Origin: Squalus acanthias
Taxonomy: Eukaryota
Direction: 5' to 3'
Length of the DNA stretch: 64,000 nt
Assembly (NCBI GenBank): GCA_030390025.1
Contig: CM059431.1
Span: 110,858,001 to 110,922,000 of the forward strand
Shown: piece after piece, positions 25,067 through 36,989 of the stretch
Layout: the number at the start of each line of letters is the position of its first letter
Numbering within the stretch: position 1 is the first letter of the stretch
The notes under the pieces: generated by a model
What the model saw: only the letters and a program-made list of their open reading frames with translations
What the model was told of the DNA's origin: nothing
The model's database searches: none
Translations under genes and position numbers: made by a program

Positions 25067-26178
25067 GGGCCAACATTGCGAGAGTGGGACATCTCATGGC
25101 GTGCACAGTTAGTTAGTCTTTTTCCCTCACCCTTCAGCTTGAAATTTATTTGCGGTGTAACTTGCTGGAAGTGCGAGCTGACAACAGCGCGGACGAGGGC
25201 AACGGGGCATCTGGGACCTTAGTGAACAACGGGACCAACAGTCTATCTCCTTAACCAATGAGATTTAAGGATTGCGAAAGAAACAAAGGGAAAATGGAAA
25301 AGGGAATAGGCTGAATTAGAGTCAGGTACAGAAAGAGAGGGAAAGAAAGATTGGCTTAAGAGAGAGAAAAAAAAGAGACAGAAAGGAAATTTCTGTTTGA
25401 CCTTTTTATAATCTCTAACAACAATTGACTACATGCAGGAATGAGATTGAACACTTTAAATTGTTCCCTTTCTGGATCAGAGAGATTGGTTGGCATTGCA
25501 TTAACAATTACTACACCATTACAAGAGTACTTACGCTATTAGTTATGAGCCCTAACTTTCTGCGGCAAATTTAATGGGCAATTAATGTGCAAATCCAGCA
25601 GGTTTCAGCTATCGGGAAAGATTAAACAGGTTGGGACTTTTTCCTTTAGAAAAGAGAAGACTTAAAGAGGTCTTTAAAATTATGAATGGGTTGGACAGGG
25701 TAGATGTGGAGATTCTGTTTCCACTTGTAGGAGAATCCAAAACCAGGGGCCATAAATAGAAGATAGTTACTAATAAATCCAATAGGGAAATAAGGAGCAA
25801 TTTCTTTACTCAGCGAGTGGTTAGAATGTGGAACTGGCTTTCAAATGGCTGCTTTCAAAAGGAAACTAGACGAGTACCTGAGAGAAAAGTGAATCGAAAG
25901 ATACGCTGAAAGGCTGAGATGAGGTAGATGGAATGGGAGGGGACTGGTGTGGAGTATAAACACCAGCACAGACTTGTTGGGCCGAATGGCCTGTTTCTGT
26001 GCTGTATATTCTATGTAAGTTCTTAAAAATAACAGGGAGCCTGAGGGCGAGATGCCGTTTGTGTGAGGCAAGTTCTGGAGATTTGCACCTCATGGCGTAT
26101 CGCTTCATCCCATGCACTTGCGGATTAATAATAGCGTGCGCCTTGAACTCGCCGTTATTTTTCCAGGAACATTTGGCC
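25067..26178. mobile_element. MITE-like DNA element interrupted by a CR1 3' fragment (+, ~25607-26015)
   Basis: Shares GGGCATCTGGGACCTT...TATCTCCTTAACCAAT with 53382-53800. GGCC termini. CR1 motifs RGHKYKIVT, FFTQRVVRMWN. Confidence 0.65.
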
Positions 26179-26463
26179 TAATGTGTATTATTGTATGAAA
26201 AATTTATTTTTTGAAGAGAATGAAGGAAAGCGTAACCATGGTTTCTGTGTGGAACGTGAAGTCCACAAAGGAACTTGAAACTTGAGCACGGTACAATTTA
26301 TGCATAACATCATCTAATTTTTACTCTATTGGATCCAGCAACTTAGTTCAGCATGTTTCCTGATTTGTTTATGGCTAATCTGCAGTCACTCCCATCACCC
26401 CTCCCCCAGACAAGGAGGGATGGAATGATTGTGAATTAGTGAGAAAAAAAGCCTGCAAATAAG

Positions 26464-27516
26464 TGTAAAGTTTCCAAAATTTGCAGATCCCCAAAAATCT
26501 AAGGAAAAAGGACTTTGGAACTACCCCAGAGTGATAAAAATGCATTTGGGCCTAACATAAGGAATTTAAGACCAAAACCAACCTTTGGCATTTTAAAAGG
26601 CTGGAATTCAAGCCCCAGCAAACATTAACATTTGGACAATAGGCCCTGGGAGAAGGCAGCCCCACCCAAAACACAGAACCCATTAAAGAGACGCATAAAG
26701 ATAGGAATGCTAGGCCCAGCAAGAAACCCAAAACATGAGGACAATGCAAACTCCGATTAAACAACAGATCGACAGGACGCAAGCCATTTGACACTCAGTA
26801 AAAAGCCGTTACTGTTAACGAGGTCTTTCAATGACCAGGATTTGATTTGGTTTAGCATAATTGAAGGCCCATCAAGCAGTTACAACAGTTTAGTAAGCCA
26901 AGTTAAACCCATCAAAACTTAACAAGCCCGCAAAACCAAGACAATGGAATGAACAGGCCTCAACTGAAACCAAATCACTTCAGCACGAAACCATCTTTAG
27001 TAAGGGGTTCTGGGAGCGGAAAGAACAAAGGAGCTGAACAAGTATAAAAGGGGGGCCTAATTCCCCAAGAGGCCCTCTCTCCGGACTCTCCCTCTCGGCT
27101 CTGTTCCAGAAGCAGCACGTTCCAGGAAGACACTCGACGACCAGACCACCATCAACTTACCTGGCTGGATTTCGCACTGTTAAAACCCCTGTTTGGTGAG
27201 CATTATCCCTGATCTCCTGAATCCGAAACCTAGCTAGATAGTGGGATTTTTGGGAGGGATAAGGGTTTTGAATATTGTCATTCTCCCTCGCCTGCACCGT
27301 GTGTTCCCCAACCTGTTTAAGTGTGAAGTGTGTTTTAAGTTTGTTACCTTTTTCTTTTAATAAAAGTCAAAATTCTTTCATCGGAACCTGTTGTCTACTG
27401 CATCTTTATTCACAACCCCTAAATAAGTCCAAGGTCTGAACGTGGGGCGTGGGAGCGATTCGAACCGCTCACTGAGTCAGGGGTAAGGCTGACCCCTACC
27501 ACCACCACCCCCTACA
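26464..27516 (+). mobile_element. Solo LTR (ERV class I or Gypsy-like), 1053 bp
   Basis: Starts TGTA, ends TACA, flanked by TAAG on both sides (26460-26463, 27517-27520). TATAAAA at 27043-27049, AATAAA at 27359-27364. Confidence 0.88.
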
Positions 27517-28059
27517 TAAGTTGCAGCACACCTAAAGTGCTTGCCGCTTGAACAGACTTGAACCTACCTGTATTTCCATCCAGGCTCAGGTCATCAATAT
27601 GACCCCTACATGCCCTGGCACAGGGGCATCGTTTGGAATGGGTATATGACCCAAAAGCTGGGGGCGGGGGGGCAGTGCGGTGAGGGGTGGAGTGGTCATG
27701 CCTGCCTGCCTTGAAGCTTTCTGTCTATTATCTACCTCCACTGATCTTCTTACTGGTCCTAAAAAAAAGCACTTGCCTGTTTTCAGGTGCAAGGAGGTTG
27801 TTGGTAGCACCTTCTCAGATCCTCCAATCTGAGGGTCCAACCTTCAAGGCCCATTTGTAGTATGCACTGCAGCGTTCTGACATCACTCCCGTCTCACTTA
27901 CATTTGATTTCAATCTGGCCACCTGCTTCTCATGCCTGCTCCCTGTCCACACTCTGAGGAAATGTGTGTGAAGCACAAAGTAGGCGTAGAGCTGCTACAC
28001 CAAGTCTCCATTCCATTTTCCTTTGCATTGTGCTTGGGAAATAGGTGTACCATGAGTGC

Positions 28060-28495
28060 CGTGCAGAGGAAACTCTACCCCATTAAGTGCCAAGATTACT
28101 ATCCGTCTCAAATCCGCTTCAACTTTACCATCAGTGATTTATGCACAATTCATTTTATGTATAACATCTGTTTTTCCTTCCAATGTGCAATTCCTTACAT
28201 TTGTGCATTAAACTTCATTTGTCATATTTACAGATTTTATTTCTAATTGTCAGCTGCTTTCTCATGCTTGAATGCTCCCACCTGCAGTTTAGCGTTATTT
28301 ATGAATTTCATCAAATTAGCACCGAGCCTCTGAATCCAAATCACTGATCTACATTAGAAACAGTCGGATCCCAGCACTAATCCCTGGGCACTCCACTCAG
28401 CACCTCCTCCCCACCCGACCTCGTTCCCCTAACAAGTACTCATTGCCTCCCTTCCTTTAACCAATACCTTATCCACTTCAAGCCTTTACCTTGCC
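28060..28495 (-). mobile_element. Highly decayed CR1 RT fragment
   Basis: Minus strand SGVPRD*CWD is a frameshifted GVPQGLVLG motif, followed by INDLD-like and DDAKL-like remnants. Confidence 0.55.
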
Positions 28496-28797
28496 TGAGT
28501 CACGAATGGATTCACTCAGCCACATTCAATGAACCATGATAGGAAGTGGCATTTCTGTTTTTCTATAGTTATCAGCAGAATGAACCTGTCTTTTAAAAGG
28601 TACTATTTTTCAGAAACATTTCCAAGTAATGAAGAATACTACTTTCACTACCATTACTAGTTGCTGTAAATATAATCTGCTGGAACTCTGAATATTAGTA
28701 AGCTAATATTTTGATACACAGGTTATTACATTGAATGGGGTGGCAAGAATAAAATCAACCTTACTCACTCCATATTTAGTTGGTGCATTTACATAAT

Positions 28798-29045
28798 GGC
28801 CCTGAATTTCCGATCGGAGGCTTCCTGCGTGCGGATGCCTCCGATCGGAAAAAAATCTACGAGCCTACCTACTGATTCCGTAGATCCCGAGGCTTGCGAT
28901 CCTGGGCCTCTCTGGGTCCGCGCGGGCAGAGGCCCACGTATCCCGGGACGCATGTGATTCACTTTTTACCAGGCGTAAAATAACAATTCTATGGCCTTTC
29001 AGCGGGCGGAAGCTGTGCAAAAAGCGCAACTCTCCACCTGTCTGA
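28798..29045. mobile_element. Truncated MITE of the 61211-61949 family
   Basis: GGCCCTGAATTTCCGATCGGAGGCTTCCTGCG matches the reverse complement of 61918-61949. Confidence 0.75.
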
Positions 29046-30169
29046 TCGTAACCAGAGAATCACCTGCAAGGGCTTCTCTTCCCGCTCCCGCATCATTACC
29101 TCTGGTGTCCCCTAAGGATCTATCCTTGGCACCTCCTATTTCTCATCTACATGTTGCCCTTTGGCGACATCATCCAAAATCACAGCGTCAGTTTCCACAT
29201 GTACGCTGACGACACCCAGCTCTACCTCACTACTTCTTCTCTTGAACTCTCCACGGTGTCTAAATTGTCACACTGCTTGTCCAACATACAGTTCTGGATG
29301 AGCAAAAATTTTCTCCAATTAAATATTGGGAAAACCGAAGCCATTGTTTTCGGTCCCCGCCACAAATTCTGTTCCCTAGCCACTGACTCCATCCCTCTCC
29401 CTAACATCTGTCTGAGGCTGAACCACACTGTTCACAACCTTGGTGTCATATTTGACCCTGAAATGAGCTTCCGATCACATATCTGCAGCATAACAAAGAC
29501 CGCCTACTTCCACCTCCGTAACATCGCCTGTCTCCGCCCTTGCCTCAGCTCATCCGCCGCTGAAACCCTCATCAATGCCTTTGTTACTTCTAGACTTGAC
29601 TATTCCAACGCACTCCTGGCTGGCCTCCCACATTCCACCCTACGTAAACTTGAGGTCATCCAAAACTTGGCTGCTCGTGTCCTAACTCACACCAAGTCCT
29701 GTTCGCCCATCTCTCCTGTGCTCGCTAACCTTCACTGGCTCCCGGTTTAGCAGCGCCTCGATTTCAAAATTCTCATCCTTGTTTTCAAATCCCTCCATGG
29801 CCTCGCCCCTTCCTATCTCTGTAATCTCCTTCAGCCCCACAACCCCCCGAGATATCTGCACTCCTCTAATTCTGCCCTCTTGAGGATCCCTGATTATAAT
29901 CGCTCAACCTTTGGTGGCCGTGCCTTCTGTTGCTTAGGCCCTAAGCTCTGGAATTCCCTGCCTAAACCTCTCTGCCTCGCTACCTCTCTTTCCTCCTTTA
30001 AGACGCTCCTTAAAATCTACCTCTTTGACCAAGCTTTTGGTCACCTGCCCTAATTTATCCTTATGTGGCTCAGTGTCAAATTCTTTGTCTTAAAATACTC
30101 CTGTGCAGCGCCTTGGGACGTTTTACTACGTTAAAGGCGCTATATAAATACAAGTTGTTGTTGTTGTTG
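29046..30169 (+). mobile_element. L2-type LINE, 5'-truncated
   Basis: GVP*GSILG, HMYADDTQLY, LQLNIGKTEAI, SRLDYSNALLAGLP, LHWLPV; (GTT)n tail. Confidence 0.93.
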
Positions 30170-30372
30170 TGTCCTGGCCAATATTTATCCCTCAATCAAC
30201 ATCACTAAAACAGATGATCTGGCCATTATCACATTGCTCTTTGTGGGAGCTTGTTGTGTGCAGATTGGCTGCTGCATTTCTGACATTACAACAGTGACCA
30301 CACTTCAAATGTATTTCATTGGCTGTAAGTGCTTTGGGACGTCGTGAAAGACACTATATAAATGCAAGTCAT
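30170..30372 (+). mobile_element. Deu-domain SINE 3' half
   Basis: Matches 41240-41450. Confidence 0.8.
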
Positions 30373-32097
30373 TTTTCTTTTTTAGTCTATTTTGTTTTTT
30401 TACAGACCATGCTAATATATAAGGAGCTAAAGTCCCAGCCTGCTGTTGAGCTGAAAGAGGGAACAGCACTTTTACTGGTTAGACTTGGGCTAGGTATTTA
30501 GTTTAACGAGCTTGACTGAGTTTTATCATTAAAATGATTTCTTCTGAGTTTTCATATTGTATAATTTTATGTGGATGTAACTGATGGCACAGCCATTGCT
30601 TATTGCCATATGAATCGCTACTGAAATGCGTGTACTGTATTGATGGCATCATGAACCCAGCACTCTGCAACACCACTCATTATTCATTACTCGCCCAACC
30701 AATACAGTGAGACCTCGGTTTCCAAATCGAATAAAAATAGCCTACACTGCACTCGCATAAATAAATTATCTCCAGCAGAGACTGCAACAGGTCGTCTATT
30801 TTATTTCTGAAACATTTAGAGGAAGAGCATTGTCACGATAAAACTTCCTTGCATTCCTCTCGTAAACAAAGAAGCCGTACAACAACATGTCATGTCACAA
30901 AGCTCCTCTCAGCTGCAAATCGATAAATCAATAAATCACAGCGAAGATAAAATAAAATCCCAAAGCCCCCAATGAAAAAGTCTGTACTGCAGCAGGGACA
31001 GTATCAGATGCAGCACAAAGTTTTTCTGAGACCAATGTGGTGGTAAGGCAGAGATTTTTTTTTGGAGCAAGCTGTTTTATGAACTGGGGCCCACCTTAAA
31101 ATTCCACTGACGTGATGAATGCCCTTTAAAATGGAACACTTCCTGCATTGAATTCAGCCATGATGTCACTGTACTGCATGCCGAGCCAACATCCTTGAAA
31201 AGAATAACACGGGTCATGCATCCCGATTCCCTTGGGTTGGGGCAGTGATTCTCCAGGGAACCTCTTCTTGGGAGAAAAGAATGTTCTGTTGTACATCTTT
31301 TAAAATGCCTTTTATTTTTCTTTCTTCATCTGGTTCTTGGGTTATTTATCCAGGTGGCAATTCTGGTTAATAACAGCATTTGTTTATTCACTTTAGGGAT
31401 TTTAGTGAAAAGATTGTGGTGAAGCTGCAGCTTTCAAGCTTCACTTCCTACTTATTTCAACAGGAAACCGAAAGCTCTCCCCTTATAGACACAGCCGCCA
31501 CAAGCAGGCAAACATGTCACTTGGTTTTCTGCTGAATCCATTTTTCTGGAGTCCAGAAACCACCAAACCACAAAAGACCTACATTTTGAAGAGGTCCCAC
31601 TTTTTGTTGAAGTGAAGGGGGGAAAGCAGTGGGATCAGCTTCAACGTGCTGCTGGTGGTGTGACGATGTCAACAGCGCACACTGTAGGTTTATTTAAGGC
31701 AGCACTATAGGCTTCTGCCTGTTCCATCACAGCTGAGTTACTGGCCTCCAGGCATCCAGGAGCTAAAACAGATGATGAAAGATGTTTATTTTATTCTTTA
31801 ACTGAAGCCTCCAAAAAGAGCCAAATGACTGTGTATGAACTGCATTCTCGTGTAGACATCAAAACTGACACAAGAAAAGAAAAACTTGTTGTTTCACCTA
31901 ATGTGTTGGAATAGGTTTGAAAGAGGGCGCAGAGGGCAATACATTGCATGGTATTGTGCTCAATAAGATATATTATTTTCTATATCTGATTTGGCTCTTG
32001 CTGTGTGATGCATTTCACCATTGTAATCTCTAATGATGGAGACAAATGCAATCTGTGTAGATTGGTTTGGGTTCTTGAATCATTTTTGATGGAGAAT

Positions 32098-32616
32098 ATA
32101 GGATATAAAGGCACTGGAGAGGGTGCAGAGAAGATTTACAAGGATGATAACAGAAATGCAAGGATGTACCTATCAGGAAAGGATGAACAGACTAAGTCAC
32201 TTTTCGCTTGATAAGAGAAGACCGAGGGGTGACCTAATGGAGGACTTTAAAATCATGAAAGGTTTTGATAGAGTGGATACAGAGAGAGTGTTTCCACTTG
32301 TGGGGAAGGGCAAAACTGGAGGCCATCAATATAAGATAGTCACCAAAAAAATCAAATAGGGAATTCAGAAGGAACTTCTTTACCCAGAGAGAGTGGCAAG
32401 AATGTGGAACGCACTACCACAGGGAGTGGTTGAAGCGAATAGTATAGATGCATTTAAGGGGAGGCTAGACAAGCATATGAGGGAGAAGGGAATAGAGGGT
32501 TATGCTGATAGTTAGATGAGGAAAGGCGGGAGGAGGCTTGAGTGGAGCATAAATGCCGGCATGGACTGGTTGGGCCAAATGGCCTGTTTCTGTGCCGTAT
32601 ATCCTATAATTCTATG
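32098..32616 (+). mobile_element. CR1 3' fragment
   Basis: LERVQRRFTRMI...RGDLMEDFKIMKGFDRVD; CR1 tail. Confidence 0.88.
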
Positions 32617-33154
32617 AGAACTGTGGAATAGAGAACTTCTTTTGATGTAAAACTGGTGAGTTATGAGTTTATTCTTAAGATCTTCATGAAATGAATACAA
32701 TTATTTTTAAAGAGTCCTTCATTCTATATTTTATACATCTATATAATTGGATCTAACACACTTCCACAGTGCTTGGGAAAGTGTATGGCACTCTTTGAAG
32801 TGGCAGATATGCAGAGTCCATCACACTTACCTGATTGACTCAAGCAACTACTAGCTGCTAACTACCGTGCTTATTCACTCAAATGTAACTGGTAGGAAAA
32901 GCTACCAATTGCAACCTACCAATCAATTCAAAACCAACCAATTAAATTATTTAATTACTTTATCAAATGGCACATTAGGAATCAACAGCTGCCACAAAAT
33001 CAATCAATCAATCAAGTTGCTCAAATAATTTCTTCACGTTGTTTTCAATCACCCTCCTCAATTAAGTCAGTGTAAACAGCGAATAGTGACGCTTATAACA
33101 TAACAACCACTTAAAAGGTGCATAATTTGGGGGGGGGAGGGGGAGAAACACAAT

Positions 33155-34888
33155 GGCCGCGATTTCGCCGACCGAGGTGAGTCCGAGGCGGCCGGGGTCC
33201 CAGCCCACTGCCTGCTCCAGTGATTTTACGTTGGTTGGGCTTGTTAAGCCCGCCCAGCGAGGTTCCCGGCTAATTAAAAGGAAGCGGGTCTGATGACGTC
33301 ATTTGATGATGTATCATCAGCCAGTTTCCTTAAAGGGGCCATGTCCAAATTGATTTTGACAGGTGTGCTGTCAGTGTTCTATAGCACTTAGAAGCACTTT
33401 ACAAAGGTGCATGGCTGCACCCAGGCTCTCCCATGACTCCCTCCATATGCTTGTAGAGGGAGTCACAGCACGCAGGGAGGTCCTGTTCCCTTCCAATGGG
33501 CGGAAGAGACCTCCCCAGAAGACCAACACAGCCTGGGTGCACATTGCATAGGAGGACACAAGCAGGGATGTCGTCAGGGGGATCAGGCTGCAGTGGCGCA
33601 AACCTTTCAATGATCTCGGTAGATCACGAAACGTTACTGCAAAGCCACACTCAACCTCATCCTGCTGTGCCACTCATCACATCCCCATCACTCTGCCTTC
33701 CCTACCCTACTCCTGCACATCCTTACTCTCACCAACTTACCTTGCACCTCCACCCATCCCTCTCTATCTACATTATCACATCCCCATCTCACTAGCCACC
33801 CCTCACACTCACCCTCATCCTACTGCAAGCATACCAACTAACAACACAAGGGTAGGCACTTGTGTGTTTTAGCCAATGTTCATGTGAAGTTTCTGGTAAT
33901 GTGCTGTCAAACATTGAAATCTTTATCTTCAACACTTTGCATTCTTGGACAGATTTGTGTGCACCTTTGGAAGTGGCTTAGTGAGTTGCAGTGAATGGTG
34001 AGACATAACGGTACCCCCCGCAATGGTGATGAGTGTGAAAGGAATGGCTTGGATATTGTAGGGATACTTTATGGTGCTGGTGGGGGGTGGTGTCAATCTG
34101 GCGCATCATGTGGCAGCCAGGGTGTACAGCATCAAGTGAAGTAAATCTGGCCATGGTGAGGCCATCCCTGGCCTCCCGGGCAGCAATGAGATCGGGTGTT
34201 GATGCCCTGTGTCCTATGCAGAATCAGTTGATTGCGGAGAAGGTTGGTGTTGTTGTTGGTGCTGCTGGTGTACCTGGTGATGCTGGTGTTGGGGCTGATC
34301 GTGGTGGGATTCTGAGGACCAAGGTGAGATATTTTCAAGGGCACCGATGCTGATGGAATAGATGGCAGGTGAGGTTGAGATGACAGAAGCGATCTGTCAA
34401 TGGTGAGAGAGGTTGTTCCAATGAGGTGACACTGGATAGTGAGTTTGCTCCAAACACTTACAAGCTGCATAAATCTCTTCCAAGTGCAATAAGCAACAGC
34501 TTCTAACCTTGGAAAGTGAAGACCTATGAAATGGGAGCTTTTATAGACCATTTGCAGCTGTCAAGTTAGTAAATCATCCCATGCTGACACAACACTCGAC
34601 CTCCTTACCTGACGTGATCCCCGAGCACCGTGAACCTTGTGAAAAAGGTGTAAAAATAGTAAGTACCTGTTAAAATTGTGTTTAACAACCTTTTAAATAG
34701 CTTTTAATGAGCTTAATTGCCTGACCTGCCGCTGGTGTCAGTTCTGTTCAGCGTTGACAAACTCGACACTTGGGAGACTAGAATGGAGGCGGGTTGACAG
34801 CGGGCTCCCAACCCACTGTCAATCATTTCTATTTTGACAGCTGACCCGCCTCCGATCCCGCCCTCTCAGCGCTAGCGAAATTCCAGCC
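33155..34888 (-). mobile_element. Harbinger deletion derivative, copy 4 (complete)
   Basis: TIRs GGCCGCGATTTCGC / GCGAAATTCCAGCC with a perfect AAT TSD (33152-33154, 34889-34891). Collinear with 4319-6076. Confidence 0.92.
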
Positions 34889-35849
34889 AATGTTTAAAAT
34901 TAGTCACTTAAGGGCCAATTTTCTAATCAGTGGGCTGGGTCCTGTAGGCAGGATTTGGGCAATCAGTGACTGGGGAATTGCATGTCCAAATATTTTGCCC
35001 AGTCTCTGCTGGATCGAGCTTTACACCCACAAAATATTAACAAATTCTGTGCAAAGGCTTCATTTCACATGCATCCTACATGCAAACGAGCGACTTTTTG
35101 TTCCTTGAAGCATTTTCCAATCTTTGGGCGGAAGTACTGCCCAATGTTATTTCTGCCTACTCACACCAGATGTTAAAGTGCCCACAGAAGGCAGCTGTGA
35201 TAGGGGCACGTTTTACATTTTTTTTTAGATATTTTGTTTGGATTTTGACTTACTTTGCGGATCAGAATATGGAGGAAATGTTGATGTTACAGTACAAGCA
35301 GTATTGTGTCCCATATCACAGAAGAACTAACTGTAAAGAAAGTATTTCCAAGAGTTCAGTAGAGCAGGAGGCTCCTTGAAGAAGAGGGGGTCTGTAATGT
35401 GGCAGGACATTCAGACGCAGGCTACAGAGTCCAGTGTTGTTTGGCAAGTCAGTGTGAACTGAACATTGGCGGTGGGGGGGGGTGCGGGGGGGGGGGCTGC
35501 TTTGAAAGAGCTCCAATGGCAGTATTTCATACTTTAAGTGATACAAGATGCTGTCAACTTATCCTGCACCAGCAGAAAGAAACTCCCTGAACAAAAGGGT
35601 AATGAAGTAAACCCAATTTATTGCCTTACAAGCATGCGCACTTAGTATTTTTTACCCCGGTGTTCCTCTTGGCACCAGTCTATGTTCTGTGTGTTCTACA
35701 TCCTAAGATTGTACACTTAGGTCCTTCCCCAGTGACAGGATAAAATGAGGGGCTGGCTGCTGGGGTGTTAATGAGAGACGTTTGGGATTGAGGTTGCGTT
35801 GTACTGCTTTATGCTGGGCCTTAAGATGGCATACTTTGCCCATCAGTTT

Positions 35850-36130
35850 GGAGTAACGTAATGGTGGTAGCTTTACCTTGGCTGATCTTGTCATGCTTGA
35901 ATTCCTTTCTTTTTTTTTCTCCAGATCCCAGCGAGCCAACAGCTCAATCCTCCTATGCCCCACTTTTCCAATAGCATTTCCAGCACAGCATCAGAAACCT
36001 TAGTGCTCTGAGATACTACTGCTCCATTCTCACATGGTGTTGTGATGAACAAGTGTGACAAAAAAATAGACAAGACAATGTAATCCCCTTTGAGCAGCTG
36101 TTGCAGCTCTTAAAAGGGCTGCAGCAACAC
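35850..36130 (-). pseudogene. Old Harbinger Myb/SANT gene relic
   Basis: KVSDAVLEMLLEK / GHRRIELL / MTRSAKVK resemble the RFS-D-L-L-V...NDL-RS-K motif of ORF2 exon 1; heavily disrupted. Confidence 0.45.
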
Positions 36131-36989
36131 TAAATATCTTGCCCTGAAAACAGCATAGCTCGCATTCATTGCTGGATGCAGGAGCTCACTCTGAGTGACT
36201 CATGAGCTCTGACCCTGATAGATTCTTTGAAATCAGCTGTGCGCTACACACTCGGTACAATAACATACCACAGGTTCCCGCTATCACCATACTGAGATTG
36301 GAAAATCACCTCAGTTTCCTATGTCTAGGGGTCTACCCCATCTTTTGGGATCTGGGGCTTGAGCTTTTCTTTAACCTAGACTTCGAAATTTCAGTTGGAT
36401 CTTGAATGCTGGGGAGTTACAGTTCCTGTTGACAAAGTCTGTGTGAGTGAGATGCATCATGGCAGTTGTAGTTTTCGCCCTACAATATCCAGAGGGTGCT
36501 ACAACAAGCTATATCATAATGCAAATAAGCAGAAAAGTTACAAAGAATAATCGTGCAATGAAAGATACAAAGGAAGAGCATGCTGAGCCAATAACTGGTT
36601 TTCTTGTCGCTGAGGGGTAGCAATGTTGAATCGAGCCCACAGGGAAATGTTTAGGGTGCATTGATGGTGAGCTCAGCTGCTGCGGCCAAGAGTGGTCATT
36701 CAGGCAGGTCTGACTATGGTGAATGACCACCCGTCCAAGGTGCTGGTCACTGGGGAGTTAACACTGAGGAACATCTCATTACTGCAGTGTTACACCAGTG
36801 ATAGTTTCAGAAAGAACTACAAGTCCACTGTGGGAAGTAAGCGGAAGAAAAAATATCTTCTATTATCATGTAAATAATTAAGAAAAGGAAGGAAGATTTG
36901 GAGAGGGAGGAGAGTTGAATACAAAAAAACGCAATTGTATTTTAAGCAAATACTGCACATACACTTTCAGAGATTGAGCAGCAGAAATT

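Noticed and set aside
26232..26245. GTAACCATGGTTTC as a second X-box
   Set aside because: Poor half-sites and no promoter context.
27155..27168. ACTTACCTGGC resembling the U1 snRNA 5' end
   Set aside because: Only 11 nt match; more simply an antisense splice-donor consensus within the LTR.
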